From Candidatus Omnitrophota bacterium (GTDB lineage Bacteria; Omnitrophota; Gorgyraeia; Gygaellales; Profunditerraquicolaceae): DNA of 64,000 nucleotides. Made by a program: the position numbers and the translations under genes. Within the stretch, counting starts at the first letter, position 1. Each line of letters opens with the position of its first letter. The stretch is from positions 426,041 through 490,040 of the forward strand of contig JAKLGJ010000001.1 in NCBI GenBank assembly GCA_022710715.1, given 5' to 3'. Below are positions 1 through 8,602 of this stretch, piece by piece. The notes under the pieces are model-generated. The model did not search any database, was not told the origin of the DNA, and saw nothing but the letters and a program-made list of their open reading frames with translations.

Positions 1-211
1 CTATTTGAGAAGTCAAGCAGGTAACCGATAAAGGCAAACTACTCGAAAGAGTAGGGCCCCGCCAGAAAACGGCGGGCCCGCTGTAAAAGGCGGGGCAAAG
101 CTTCAGACCTTCACTGTAAGACTGGTGCACCCGGCACAATCGGAATGTGTGCCGGTGTTCTGTCTCTACAGAAGGTAGCTGGGCTGCCGAAGTTAACACG
201 CTTCAAATTGA

Positions 212-250
212 GCCTAATCTTTATACGATTAGGCTTTTTTATTTTTCAGG
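212..250 (+). terminator. Intrinsic terminator-like hairpin (AGCCTAATC / GATTAGGCT stem, T-run)
   Basis: Perfect 9-bp inverted repeat with a 7-nt loop followed by TTTTTTATTTTT. It lies about 10 nt upstream of the RBS and ATG of the gspC-like gene. Confidence 0.5.
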
Positions 251-258
251 AGAATCTG

Positions 259-1059
259 ATGAACAAAAAAACAATCTTAATCAGTCTGGTGGTTCTGGCG
301 GTGATCGCGGTGCAGGTGTGTATCTTCATGGTCCGGCCGAAAGTCGTGGTCGCGACCGATGATGCTGCGCAATTGCACAGCGCGCTTATTGCGGAGCCAA
401 CGAGCACTGTGGCGCAGGCTGCGATTACGCCTTCAGCTTCAGTTCCGGCAGAGCCAAAGCTGGCTAAGGCCAGAGTTGACGTTTCCTCTATGCATCTGGA
501 ACTTATCGGTACGGCTCTGGGTAACACCAAGGATCCTATAGCGATCATCAAAGATCTGGATAGCAACCGGCAGACCATGTATAAAACCGGCCATCAGATC
601 AAAGACGGTACCGTAGTGCGGATCGCCAAGGGCGAGGTTGAGCTGGATGTTGACGGAGCGCGTATGGTGTTGCGCACTGTCGACCGCAGGGCTGTTTTAG
701 CCAGAGCTGTTTATAATGAATCCATCGTTGCCCGCGAGAACAACACTTTTGACGTCAATAAGCAGAATCTGATCAGCGATGTTTCTTCGATCATGGGTAC
801 GCTGTCCAGGATCAAAGTCAAACCGTGTTATGACGCCAAGAAGGTTATCGGGCTTAAAGTCGAAGGCGTCGGCCAGGACAGCATTGTCGCGCTGGCGGGT
901 ATCCGCGATAAAGACGTGGTCACATCCGTGAATATGCAGAAGATCGACAGTTATCAGAAAGCGCTGCAGGTGTTCAATAAGGTCAAGAATCAGAAAGAGA
1001 TCAAGGTGTGCTTGCTGCGCGACGGCGAGTTTAAAGAATTTTCCTATTCCATGCGCTAA
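259..1059 (+). CDS. T2SS GspC-like protein (N-terminal TM anchor, HR secretin-interacting domain, C-terminal PDZ)
   Basis: Start moved to ATG 259 (MNKKTILISLVVLAV is a TM helix) with RBS AGGAGA upstream. The HR-like segment LELIGTALG...GD...V.I is shared with ORFs 10492 and 12493. The C-terminal GLKVEG..DSIVALAGIRDKDVV is PDZ-like. Confidence 0.5.
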   Translation: MNKKTILISLVVLAVIAVQVCIFMVRPKVVVATDDAAQLHSALIAEPTSTVAQAAITPSASVPAEPKLAKARVDVSSMHLELIGTALGNTKDPIAIIKDLDSNRQTMYKTGHQIKDGTVVRIAKGEVELDVDGARMVLRTVDRRAVLARAVYNESIVARENNTFDVNKQNLISDVSSIMGTLSRIKVKPCYDAKKVIGLKVEGVGQDSIVALAGIRDKDVVTSVNMQKIDSYQKALQVFNKVKNQKEIKVCLLRDGEFKEFSYSMR

Positions 1060-1160
1060 TTTTCAGGTGCGTTTCCCAAAGGTGGTACCCTGCGACCGCA
1101 GGGAGTCCCTGTGGGAGGGAACGCCCGCATCAATTAAGGTAGGGTAGACCAGTAGTGCGA

Positions 1161-1207
1161 TAATCGGGGGTGCTTCCCGGGTGGGAGGTAGCCCCGATTC
1201 TTTTTGG
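1161..1207 (+). terminator. Hairpin plus T-run downstream of the gspC-like gene
   Basis: AATCGGGG ... CCCCGATT stem around an internal CCCGGG palindrome, followed by CTTTTT. Confidence 0.4.
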
Positions 1208-1230
1208 GGGCCGGCGTCGACTTCCGTATA

Positions 1231-1258
1231 TTGACAACAGCCGGAAATATGCTATACT
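1231..1258 (+). promoter_or_regulatory. Sigma-70-type promoter TTGACA-N16-TGcTATACT
   Basis: Exact TTGACA at 1231-1236, a 16-nt spacer, and an extended -10 TGCTATACT at 1250-1258. It is about 75 nt upstream of the 1333 CDS. Confidence 0.45.
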
Positions 1259-1332
1259 ATCGAATCGAGGGGTCATAAGCCAAGGGGATTATGACCTTTT
1301 TTTATTTGTAAGTGGGCAACAAGGGGGGGAAC

Positions 1333-2247
1333 GTGTTGAAAAAAATTTTCGGTATTGTTGTGCTCGCCGGCTTGGTGGTATGCGGTTTGGCGCAGCAGGG
1401 TATGTGCGGTTGGGCTGATCCGTTCGGCCGCAAAGGGACGTCGTGGGGCAATGCATTTAATTCTAAGATCCCGGTAACGCGGCCCGGAACTTTGTCTAAA
1501 ACTCTGCCGATCACAAATATTTCCGCCAGTTACAGCTGGACTCCGGTAGGAGGAAAGGTCAGCAATCAGCTTTCCGCCGTATCCAAGTATGGCATGGTCA
1601 GCGTGGTCAACAATACCACGCATGCCTACACCAAAGAAGTCAATTCCCAGATATTCATCATGGATACCAAACATAACAACAGAGTGTATTATATCGAACG
1701 ATCATCTTCCGGCGCGCAGACGTCCGAACAACTGACCCTGCAGAAAGACCCTGCTCGTTACCGGGCAGTGATTACCAAAGTGACGGATACGCTGCAGGCG
1801 GCGAATTATCAGAGCAAGAACGCGGATTTTAAGTATTTGAGCGACGCTTTGAATCAGCGGGCAGGCAGGATCGCGCCGGCGCTTGCGGACAAGAATATTT
1901 CAGCTGCGGTCAGTTATACCCCGGTCAGCTCCAAGGCTACCACCACTTTGAATGCGAAAGTGGAAAATGATCAGCTGGTGATCCAGCAGACGCATTATTT
2001 CCATTATACGAAAGAGAGCGCGGAAAGTACCTTCAAGTTCGATCTGGCTACCGGCAGGGTAAGTCTGCATAAAGCCGGTTATATGGGTAATGGGTACGAA
2101 GCTATTTACCGTGACGAGAATTCGCAGCGTTATAACGAAATCGTCGCGGACGTAAAGTCCTGGCTTTCGATCGGGATCAATTACGCTGATTCGACGAATG
2201 ACGTCGGTTTCCAGAAAGCTCTGGATTACCTGAACAAAGTCAAGTAA
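1333..2247 (+). CDS. Hypothetical secreted protein
   Basis: Probable GTG start with RBS AAGGGGGG upstream. The hydrophobic N-terminus KIFGIVVLAGLVVCGLA looks like a signal peptide. No motif recognised. Confidence 0.5.
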   Translation: MLKKIFGIVVLAGLVVCGLAQQGMCGWADPFGRKGTSWGNAFNSKIPVTRPGTLSKTLPITNISASYSWTPVGGKVSNQLSAVSKYGMVSVVNNTTHAYTKEVNSQIFIMDTKHNNRVYYIERSSSGAQTSEQLTLQKDPARYRAVITKVTDTLQAANYQSKNADFKYLSDALNQRAGRIAPALADKNISAAVSYTPVSSKATTTLNAKVENDQLVIQQTHYFHYTKESAESTFKFDLATGRVSLHKAGYMGNGYEAIYRDENSQRYNEIVADVKSWLSIGINYADSTNDVGFQKALDYLNKVK

Positions 2248-2251
2248 AGTA

Positions 2252-2307
2252 AGGGGACGTTCCCCAAGGTACCACCCTCAAGGGTTTTACCTTGGGGAAC
2301 GTCCCCT
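2252..2307 (+). terminator. Long perfect hairpin (20-bp stem AGGGGACGTTCCCCAAGGTA / TACCTTGGGGAACGTCCCCT)
   Basis: A 20-bp perfect inverted repeat with a 16-nt loop, immediately after the stop at 2247. Confidence 0.45.
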
Positions 2308-2393
2308 ATCAGTTTTGTCCCCTTTAAAGCGTTTTCAAAATAATTCTGCCGGACCTTGAAATCCGGCCCGGAATAGGGTATATTTACAGTATG

Positions 2394-2446
2394 CCACGGT
2401 ACTCAATAGTTTGGAACTATTGAGTAACCGTGGCGTTTCTTTTTTG
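2394..2446 (+). terminator. Rho-independent terminator (hairpin CCACGGTACTCAATAG..CTATTGAGTAACCGTGG plus TTTCTTTTTT)
   Basis: A 16-bp stem with one bulge followed by a U-run. It sits between the 1333 gene and the giant gene. Confidence 0.55.
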
Positions 2447-2469
2447 GGGGAGAATAAAGGGGGAATCAA

Positions 2470-5400
2470 ATGGAGAGATCGATAGTTCGCAGAATAATTG
2501 CTTTAGTCATAATTTCCTGCTTTGTTTTCGAGCAGAGCGGGTTCGCTCAGGTGGCGCCGCAGCTGCCCGTGCCCACGTATTTGCAGGGGCTGCAGCCGCT
2601 GGATAAGTTTCGCCCCATGCATTTGCGCTCCATGGCTTTTGATCCGGCTCAAACCCGTTTTTCTCTTCTTCTGGACCAGGGCGACAATCTGCGTCCCAGC
2701 ACCCGGGCAGTTACCGATGCTACCGCTAAAGTCATGGAATATTTTCAGATCGGCTTGCGTCTTCCCAACAACAGCTTCTGGGTAAATTTACGGCCGGACA
2801 GTTCGCAGCGGGTCATTGATCCCGATCTGGAACGTACGGACCTGGGTAAGGTGTTTCTGGAGGCTGATCTTCAGCTCAAAAAAGATCTGGCGCAATTCAC
2901 TGCTCCGGCTACTCCGGCAGGCAAAATGTACTGGAAAAAGCTCTACGCCAGAGCCGAGAGCCTTTTCGGCCAGGAAGACGTGACTATTCCTACCATGACC
3001 CGCCCCTGGATCATTCCAGGCGAGATCATTATCAAGCAGCAGGGAACCAGCGCGTACGTGTACAAGGCGACCATGCGGGTGATGCTGGAGCAGGATTATA
3101 TCAGTAGCCGGGATGGCGCGCAGACACCTGCGGCGCTGGCTACGGCCGCGGCAATCGCCGATCCCCGGATGAAAGAATTAAACGCTTATTCCACGCAGTT
3201 GATCAAGGATTTGGTCCTGCCGCGTTTGAATCGCGAAGTCAACGCTTCCCGGCGCTATGCGGGATTACGCCAGGCGTTTTATTCCCTGGTTCTGGCGCAG
3301 TGGTTCAAAACCAGGATCGCCAGCGCGCAAGTCGGCGAGAGCGAAAAAACCGAGCACGGATATGCGCAGATGAAGCGTTTGATCGACAGCCGCGATCTGA
3401 CCGGTTTGATCTCGAAACAGCCGTGCCCGACGCAGGACTATTACCGGCAGTACCGGAAATCGTTCGAGCAGGGCGAATATAAGAAAGAGGAAGCTTTATC
3501 CACTCCGCATGGGATGGTGATCCGGCGGTATACTTCCGGCGGAATTTTCGGGGCTGTGCAGCCGCAAACCGCGGGAGTCGCAGCCGAGACCGACGTTCTG
3601 GCAGTGGACCCGGTGACCAACGGTATCGGTTATGATCCGGCAACCGGAGCGATAGATATTAATCCTGAAGGTTTGATCAACGGACAGCAGGCGGAACCGC
3701 AGCTGAAAGCGCAGGGACCGGAAACGCCGGACGGAGGTTCGCTTTCAAGGGAACTCGATTCCATACTGAACAAAGATTATTTGAAACGATCAAAGATTTT
3801 AATGCTGCGCAAGGTGCATAAATTATCGGATCAGAAGATTGTTGAGTTCGTGCAGTCGTATTACCGTCTGCGTTTAGGCCAGACTATCGAGCGGCTCAAA
3901 CCCTCTGACGCGCGCACGATCGCGGATGTGCTGGTGCGCCAGGGGTTCAGCCAGTATAAAGCGCAGCTGCGTTCTTTGCAGAAGGAAGTTCGCGCGCTTG
4001 AGCGCCCTTCGGCAGCGAGCAGGAGAGTCGGCGCGCCGGGCAATGGAGCCAGAGCGGCGCGAGTGCTGATGGCGATGGGGCTGGTGGCTACGGCAGCCGG
4101 CGTGGGTTCGATAGTGAACCAGGAATTAGCCGACGGGCAGGGTATTTCTGACCTGGCATTTATCCAGGATCAGTTGATCACCTTGATGCCGGATGCGGCC
4201 CAAGATCTGCTGACGTATTCTCCTTTTGCCGCGTCCGCGGCGATGATCGACACGTCGACGGTTCCGTACGGCGGGCCGTCCGTAGGCTGGGCGTCCGAAG
4301 TGGAGCCGGTGACCATGCCTGCGGATGTTAACGATAAATACCTTAATGTCGTGGTTAAAGCCAATGGTCAAGGAAAGGTGCGGTTTCAGCTTCTGGATAA
4401 AAATATCGTGGACGGAACGGAAGCCGGGCTTTCCGATTACATCGACGTGCAGGAAGGCGAAAATAAGATTGCCATCCCGCTGTCCGTCTATCAGGGGAAG
4501 GGCGTCAATACGGCCGAAGCGCGCGAAATCGTGATGCATGACGGCAAGAACTTCTGGAATCAGCGGGATGTCAATGATCCCGGTTTTTCCGCGCAATTCG
4601 ATTCCTATGAATTCTCTCCCGATCCCATCGTGCAGGAATCCTTCATCGACGCGATCATAAAGTTCTTTTCGAATTTGTTCAGCTTCAAGATTTCTCTGTT
4701 CGCGGTTTCCGCGGCCAATCTTGATACGTCCGTGGGGCTGGATGGGGCATGGGATGTGCCGATCAGCTCCGGAAAAGGCTGGGGCGGGGCTGAAAGCGGG
4801 GTAAGCCGGACCGGCGATGCAGTGACCGTAGAGGACTCGCGTTCGCAAAACTGGGCTTCATTCGCGGTGGATCTGGGCGGAGTGGATGTGAGCAGCAAAG
4901 AAGTGCTGCGTTTGAAGATTACCGGTACCGGCGGAGAGAAAATCGCGATCCGGGTTATCGACGGGGCTAAAGATTATACCTCCAGCCGCGGGGCGCAGCG
5001 GATCACTCTCAAGCCCGGCGAGAATGAGTATACCATCGATCTGCAAAATTTCGGGTCCGATCTGACCAAAGTGGAGCAAGTGGCGTTCAATTTGGGAAAA
5101 GAAGGCTGGGGCGGTCAGTTGAATGAGAAGGCGGTGAAAATCACCATCAGCAGCGTCAAGTTCGATATGAAAGTCGCGCAGGTAGTAGCGGCGCAGCCCC
5201 AGAAAACCCGGGCGCCGGCAGCGCCTACCGCGGCAGTGACCGCAGCGCCCACGCCTGCGCCTGCAGCGGCGTACGAAAAATACAGCGCGGAGGCGGCAGC
5301 CGCGTTTTTCGATTCCACGGTGGAAGCGAAGACCGGATTGCCGGCAAGCTTCCAGCCTACAGCTGAAGATCTTGCGGCTATCCATGATCCTGATGAAAAG

Positions 5401-8079
5401 CGGGTGCTTGAAGACGGGCTGGTGATCTACGACGGAGCCGTCATTGCGGAGCTCATGGTGTTGCTCGGCAATATGGGCATGGCGGATAAGTTCATCACGG
5501 TACTCTGGGAAAATTCCCTGCCCGGGTATCAGAGGATTGTCGGCGGATACAACGCAGGTTCCGCCGGACAGGAGTTTGTGTATGACCCGGCGGATCCGGC
5601 TTCGGTCAGCTCGTATGAAAAAGGACTGCGGGGCTGGCGCTTCAAGATCATCGATCAGTCCGGGATGTGGGAGAAAAACGGGGTCAAATGGCAGCAATGG
5701 CAGCCGATAGCCGGGGAGAACGCCTGGGTGACTATGGCGGCGATGCAGGTGTACCACAAGAAATACGGCGCTACCGTTAAGGCTGACGCTACGGAATTGA
5801 TGCTGGCCAAGGAACTCGCGCGGGTCGCCATCAAGATGCAGGCTGGCAACGGCGGGATCCGCATGGCGCCGATCGGGACCTGGAGCAGCCAGGAAGAGCC
5901 GGGAACCCCGGTTTCCGAGCAGGTGTGGTTATACAACGAGATCTCCACAGAAAACTGTATTTCCTGGTACGGCGCGTTCCGGATGCTCTTTCAGGTGACC
6001 GGAGATCAGCAGTACAAAACCGCGATGGATAAGCTCGAAGGATATTTTAAATCGGTTTACGATCCGGCGACCGGGACAGTGGCCCAGGGCATGCATTATA
6101 ACGGCAACAGCTGGGAGAAAAACGCGCCTTTCGCTACGGATTGCCAGACCTGGCTTATCGCTTCTCTGGGCGTTTCCAAGGTCGACGCGATGTTCGGCGA
6201 GGGCGCTTCGTACAAAATGTGGCAGAAAACCCGGGAGACCGCGGGCGTATTCGATCAGAGAGGCAATCTGCTGGGCGTTGATTTTACCGATTTCCGGCAA
6301 GTGGGCCGGCCGGCGATGGTGAGCGTCGAATGGACTGCCGGCGCGATTACCGCAGCCAGGGAAATGAAAGCCGCGTATGGCGCCGCGTATCCTGACCGGG
6401 CGCAGTCATTGCAGAAAGATATCGATAGCATGCGCGCGCATGTAGAGACGCTTAAGATCGTGCGCAACGGGGTTACCGCGTATGCGTATTCCTCGGCCTA
6501 CGGCGAAACCGGTCACGGCTGGCGCGCGGCAGGAAGAATGCCCAGCTCCGCTTCCACCGGATGGATGGCCATGGTGGACGCGAACGGGGGCGAGGGGTTC
6601 GATCCGTTCTTCCTGGGCGGCAAAAGCGAGGCTGCCGGCGTACCGGCAACTCCCGGCGCTACGACCGCTCCCGGCGCGCAACCGACCAAGACTCCGGGAT
6701 TCAGCGCTGTTGCGGCAATTGCCGCGGCGCTGGGAGTGAGCAGCCTGTTCGCTGCATTTCGCAAGAAACAGGCCGCGAAGCTGGAAATCAAAAGCGAGGA
6801 TGACGGCAGTAATGACGGTGGCTTAAGCTCAACTGACAAACAGGCGATCAATGCTTTATACAAAAAAATGAAAATTACTTATTTGACTCAGAGGCTCGAT
6901 CCGGCTTATGAAAAAGGTTTGAGGATTTCTGCTATTGGAGAATTACATGAATTTGGCTATACCGGAGAGGCTTTAAGGCGGTTGTTGACCACCGAGCATG
7001 ATCGTGACGTGCTGTGGAATGTACTCGTTGCATTGGAAGACAGTGATGTGCAGGGGCAGGAGATAAACGCTGCGGCTGTCCGGTTGATACGAATGGATCG
7101 GTATCGCATGATCAGTGATGGAGCTGCAAGTTTCCTGTTGAGAACGACAAGCGGAGAATTGGTGCTCATTGACCTGATCGACGAACTGGATATACAGACA
7201 AGGGAGGTTCTGTTGGATTATTTGAGTCGAAATAAAAAAAGTTCAACGACTCTGTATAAGACTTTGAAGTTACGCATATATGAACCACTTCTAAAAGATA
7301 CGAAGAGGTCCGTAAAAAGACGGATCGAGGCGGTAAGAAAACTTTCCAATTTAGATTCTTCATTGTATCCGTTGTATTCGTTCAAGGAGATTATTCAGAA
7401 TCCGGATGAAGACCGGGATGTGATTATTGAAACAGCCAAATCTTTGCAAGGTCGCATTCCGGATCGGGAGTTATTCGTTCCTCTGCTGCGATTGATCCGG
7501 ACAGGGGACTCTAGGGTTGTTGAAAAAGCCGCCGCGCTATTGCTTCACTTAGGTGGAGGCATCAAGGTTCTGGAAGCGGAATTTGACCAGGGCAATCTGC
7601 CCGAGACGGCTCTGCGACCTTTGGTCGGCACCATCAAAACTTATTTTGGTGAGGATCTGGGTGACGGCGGCACTCTGGTGCAGAATCTCTTGAGCAGGAT
7701 GAAGCAGTTGATGCAACAGCAGGCAGCCGGAACGCCGGCAGCAGCGGATCCGGTGGGTGGTATCGATATGCGCATGATGCCCATGCAGCAGCCGGGCGTG
7801 AATCCGGCGATGGGCGCAGGCGCGGCCGCGGCCGCAGCGATCAATCCGGTGTCTTTGCGGGAGCTGGATGCGCAGTGGCAGGCGATCGTGGAGCAGGTAA
7901 ATCAGGGCGCGGTGCCCTGCAAACAATTGCAGGCGTATATGGCGGCCTGCGCGACTAATCCGCAAGCGCAGGATCAGCGTAAACAGGCCGAACAGTATCT
8001 GGCCTGGGTGCTGCGCCTGGAAGAAGACGCGGGTGTGAGCGTTTCCAGCGAGATGAAAGCAGCGTTCTGCGGCGCTTAA
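2470..8079 (+). CDS. Giant (1869 aa) multi-domain secreted membrane protein: signal peptide, about 1400-aa extracytoplasmic part, Pro/Ala-rich linker, one TM helix, about 440-aa C-terminal tail
   Basis: RBS AAAGGGGG precedes the ATG. The N-terminal signal peptide is IIALVIISCFVFEQSGFA. The only internal hydrophobic helix is FSAVAAIAAALGVSSLFAAF, near nt 6697-6765, followed by RKKQ. The C-terminal region is helical-repeat-like and Q/M/P/A-rich. The central region has motifs suggestive of an (alpha/alpha)6 glycosidase-like fold; this is an unverified inference. Confidence 0.75.
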   Translation: MERSIVRRIIALVIISCFVFEQSGFAQVAPQLPVPTYLQGLQPLDKFRPMHLRSMAFDPAQTRFSLLLDQGDNLRPSTRAVTDATAKVMEYFQIGLRLPNNSFWVNLRPDSSQRVIDPDLERTDLGKVFLEADLQLKKDLAQFTAPATPAGKMYWKKLYARAESLFGQEDVTIPTMTRPWIIPGEIIIKQQGTSAYVYKATMRVMLEQDYISSRDGAQTPAALATAAAIADPRMKELNAYSTQLIKDLVLPRLNREVNASRRYAGLRQAFYSLVLAQWFKTRIASAQVGESEKTEHGYAQMKRLIDSRDLTGLISKQPCPTQDYYRQYRKSFEQGEYKKEEALSTPHGMVIRRYTSGGIFGAVQPQTAGVAAETDVLAVDPVTNGIGYDPATGAIDINPEGLINGQQAEPQLKAQGPETPDGGSLSRELDSILNKDYLKRSKILMLRKVHKLSDQKIVEFVQSYYRLRLGQTIERLKPSDARTIADVLVRQGFSQYKAQLRSLQKEVRALERPSAASRRVGAPGNGARAARVLMAMGLVATAAGVGSIVNQELADGQGISDLAFIQDQLITLMPDAAQDLLTYSPFAASAAMIDTSTVPYGGPSVGWASEVEPVTMPADVNDKYLNVVVKANGQGKVRFQLLDKNIVDGTEAGLSDYIDVQEGENKIAIPLSVYQGKGVNTAEAREIVMHDGKNFWNQRDVNDPGFSAQFDSYEFSPDPIVQESFIDAIIKFFSNLFSFKISLFAVSAANLDTSVGLDGAWDVPISSGKGWGGAESGVSRTGDAVTVEDSRSQNWASFAVDLGGVDVSSKEVLRLKITGTGGEKIAIRVIDGAKDYTSSRGAQRITLKPGENEYTIDLQNFGSDLTKVEQVAFNLGKEGWGGQLNEKAVKITISSVKFDMKVAQVVAAQPQKTRAPAAPTAAVTAAPTPAPAAAYEKYSAEAAAAFFDSTVEAKTGLPASFQPTAEDLAAIHDPDEKRVLEDGLVIYDGAVIAELMVLLGNMGMADKFITVLWENSLPGYQRIVGGYNAGSAGQEFVYDPADPASVSSYEKGLRGWRFKIIDQSGMWEKNGVKWQQWQPIAGENAWVTMAAMQVYHKKYGATVKADATELMLAKELARVAIKMQAGNGGIRMAPIGTWSSQEEPGTPVSEQVWLYNEISTENCISWYGAFRMLFQVTGDQQYKTAMDKLEGYFKSVYDPATGTVAQGMHYNGNSWEKNAPFATDCQTWLIASLGVSKVDAMFGEGASYKMWQKTRETAGVFDQRGNLLGVDFTDFRQVGRPAMVSVEWTAGAITAAREMKAAYGAAYPDRAQSLQKDIDSMRAHVETLKIVRNGVTAYAYSSAYGETGHGWRAAGRMPSSASTGWMAMVDANGGEGFDPFFLGGKSEAAGVPATPGATTAPGAQPTKTPGFSAVAAIAAALGVSSLFAAFRKKQAAKLEIKSEDDGSNDGGLSSTDKQAINALYKKMKITYLTQRLDPAYEKGLRISAIGELHEFGYTGEALRRLLTTEHDRDVLWNVLVALEDSDVQGQEINAAAVRLIRMDRYRMISDGAASFLLRTTSGELVLIDLIDELDIQTREVLLDYLSRNKKSSTTLYKTLKLRIYEPLLKDTKRSVKRRIEAVRKLSNLDSSLYPLYSFKEIIQNPDEDRDVIIETAKSLQGRIPDRELFVPLLRLIRTGDSRVVEKAAALLLHLGGGIKVLEAEFDQGNLPETALRPLVGTIKTYFGEDLGDGGTLVQNLLSRMKQLMQQQAAGTPAAADPVGGIDMRMMPMQQPGVNPAMGAGAAAAAAINPVSLRELDAQWQAIVEQVNQGAVPCKQLQAYMAACATNPQAQDQRKQAEQYLAWVLRLEEDAGVSVSSEMKAAFCGA

Positions 8080-8082
8080 AAA

Positions 8083-8160
8083 AGGGGACACAGCAAAATT
8101 AAAAGGGGACAGTTCTGCCTGATTTTGTCGACGAGGCAAAAAGGGTGGACCTGTCCCCTT
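8083..8160 (+). repeat. REP/MITE-like 78-bp element, copy A (GGGGACACAGC...GGGGACAG...GTCGACG...GGTGGACCTGTCCCC)
   Basis: Nearly identical copies occur at 27713-27796 and, inverted, at 27490-27570. The terminal 8-bp inverted repeat GGGGACAG/CTGTCCCC is followed by a T-run. Confidence 0.5.
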
Positions 8161-8164
8161 TTTG

Positions 8165-8173
8165 TGGTATAAT
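8165..8173 (+). promoter_or_regulatory. Extended -10 element TGGTATAAT
   Basis: TGnTATAAT ends 7 nt before the ATG at 8180, which would make the transcript leaderless or near-leaderless. Confidence 0.35.
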
Positions 8174-8179
8174 AGCGGC

Positions 8180-8602
8180 ATGAGAAATCGTAAGGCTTTC
8201 ACGCTGATCGAGCTTATGCTGGTGGTGATGATCATTGCCACGCTGGCGGCTCTGGTCATCCCGAAATTCACCGGCCGCGCCGAGCAGGCGAAAGTCACTG
8301 CCGCCCGTTCCGACATCGTGGCCAATATCCCTACCGCTCTCGATCTGTACGAATTAGACAACGGATTTTATCCTACCACTGAACAGGGATTGGCGGCGTT
8401 GCGCACGCAGCCGACGAGCGCGCCGGTTCCCCCGAAATGGACCGGGCCGTATTTGAAGCGTAAATCTATCGATCCCTGGGGTAATCCGTATCTCTACGAA
8501 TCTCCGGGCAAGCATAATCCCGACGCCTATGATCTGTATTCATACGGCAAAGACGGGGTCGAAGGCGGCAAGGACGATATCGGCAACTGGGAGGAGGAGT
8601 GA
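8180..8602 (+). CDS. gspG: Type II secretion major pseudopilin GspG (prepilin-type N-terminal methylation domain)
   Basis: MRNRKAFTLIELMLVVMIIATLAALVIPKF is the classic prepilin leader plus hydrophobic helix. The C-terminal LYSYGKDGVEGGKDDI resembles the GspG calcium-binding loop. Confidence 0.8.
   Translation: MRNRKAFTLIELMLVVMIIATLAALVIPKFTGRAEQAKVTAARSDIVANIPTALDLYELDNGFYPTTEQGLAALRTQPTSAPVPPKWTGPYLKRKSIDPWGNPYLYESPGKHNPDAYDLYSYGKDGVEGGKDDIGNWEEE

Noticed and set aside
145-258. Upstream extension (MCAGVLSLQ...) of the first ORF
   Set aside because: The extension runs through a strong terminator hairpin, and the RBS is located at 247-253. The internal Met at 259, followed by a TM helix, is the plausible start.
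4126-5757. 240-aa and 299-aa minus-strand ORFs inside the giant gene
   Set aside because: Both are antisense to a continuous 5.6-kb plus-strand ORF that has a signal peptide and consistent codon usage. They are Arg/His-rich artefacts.
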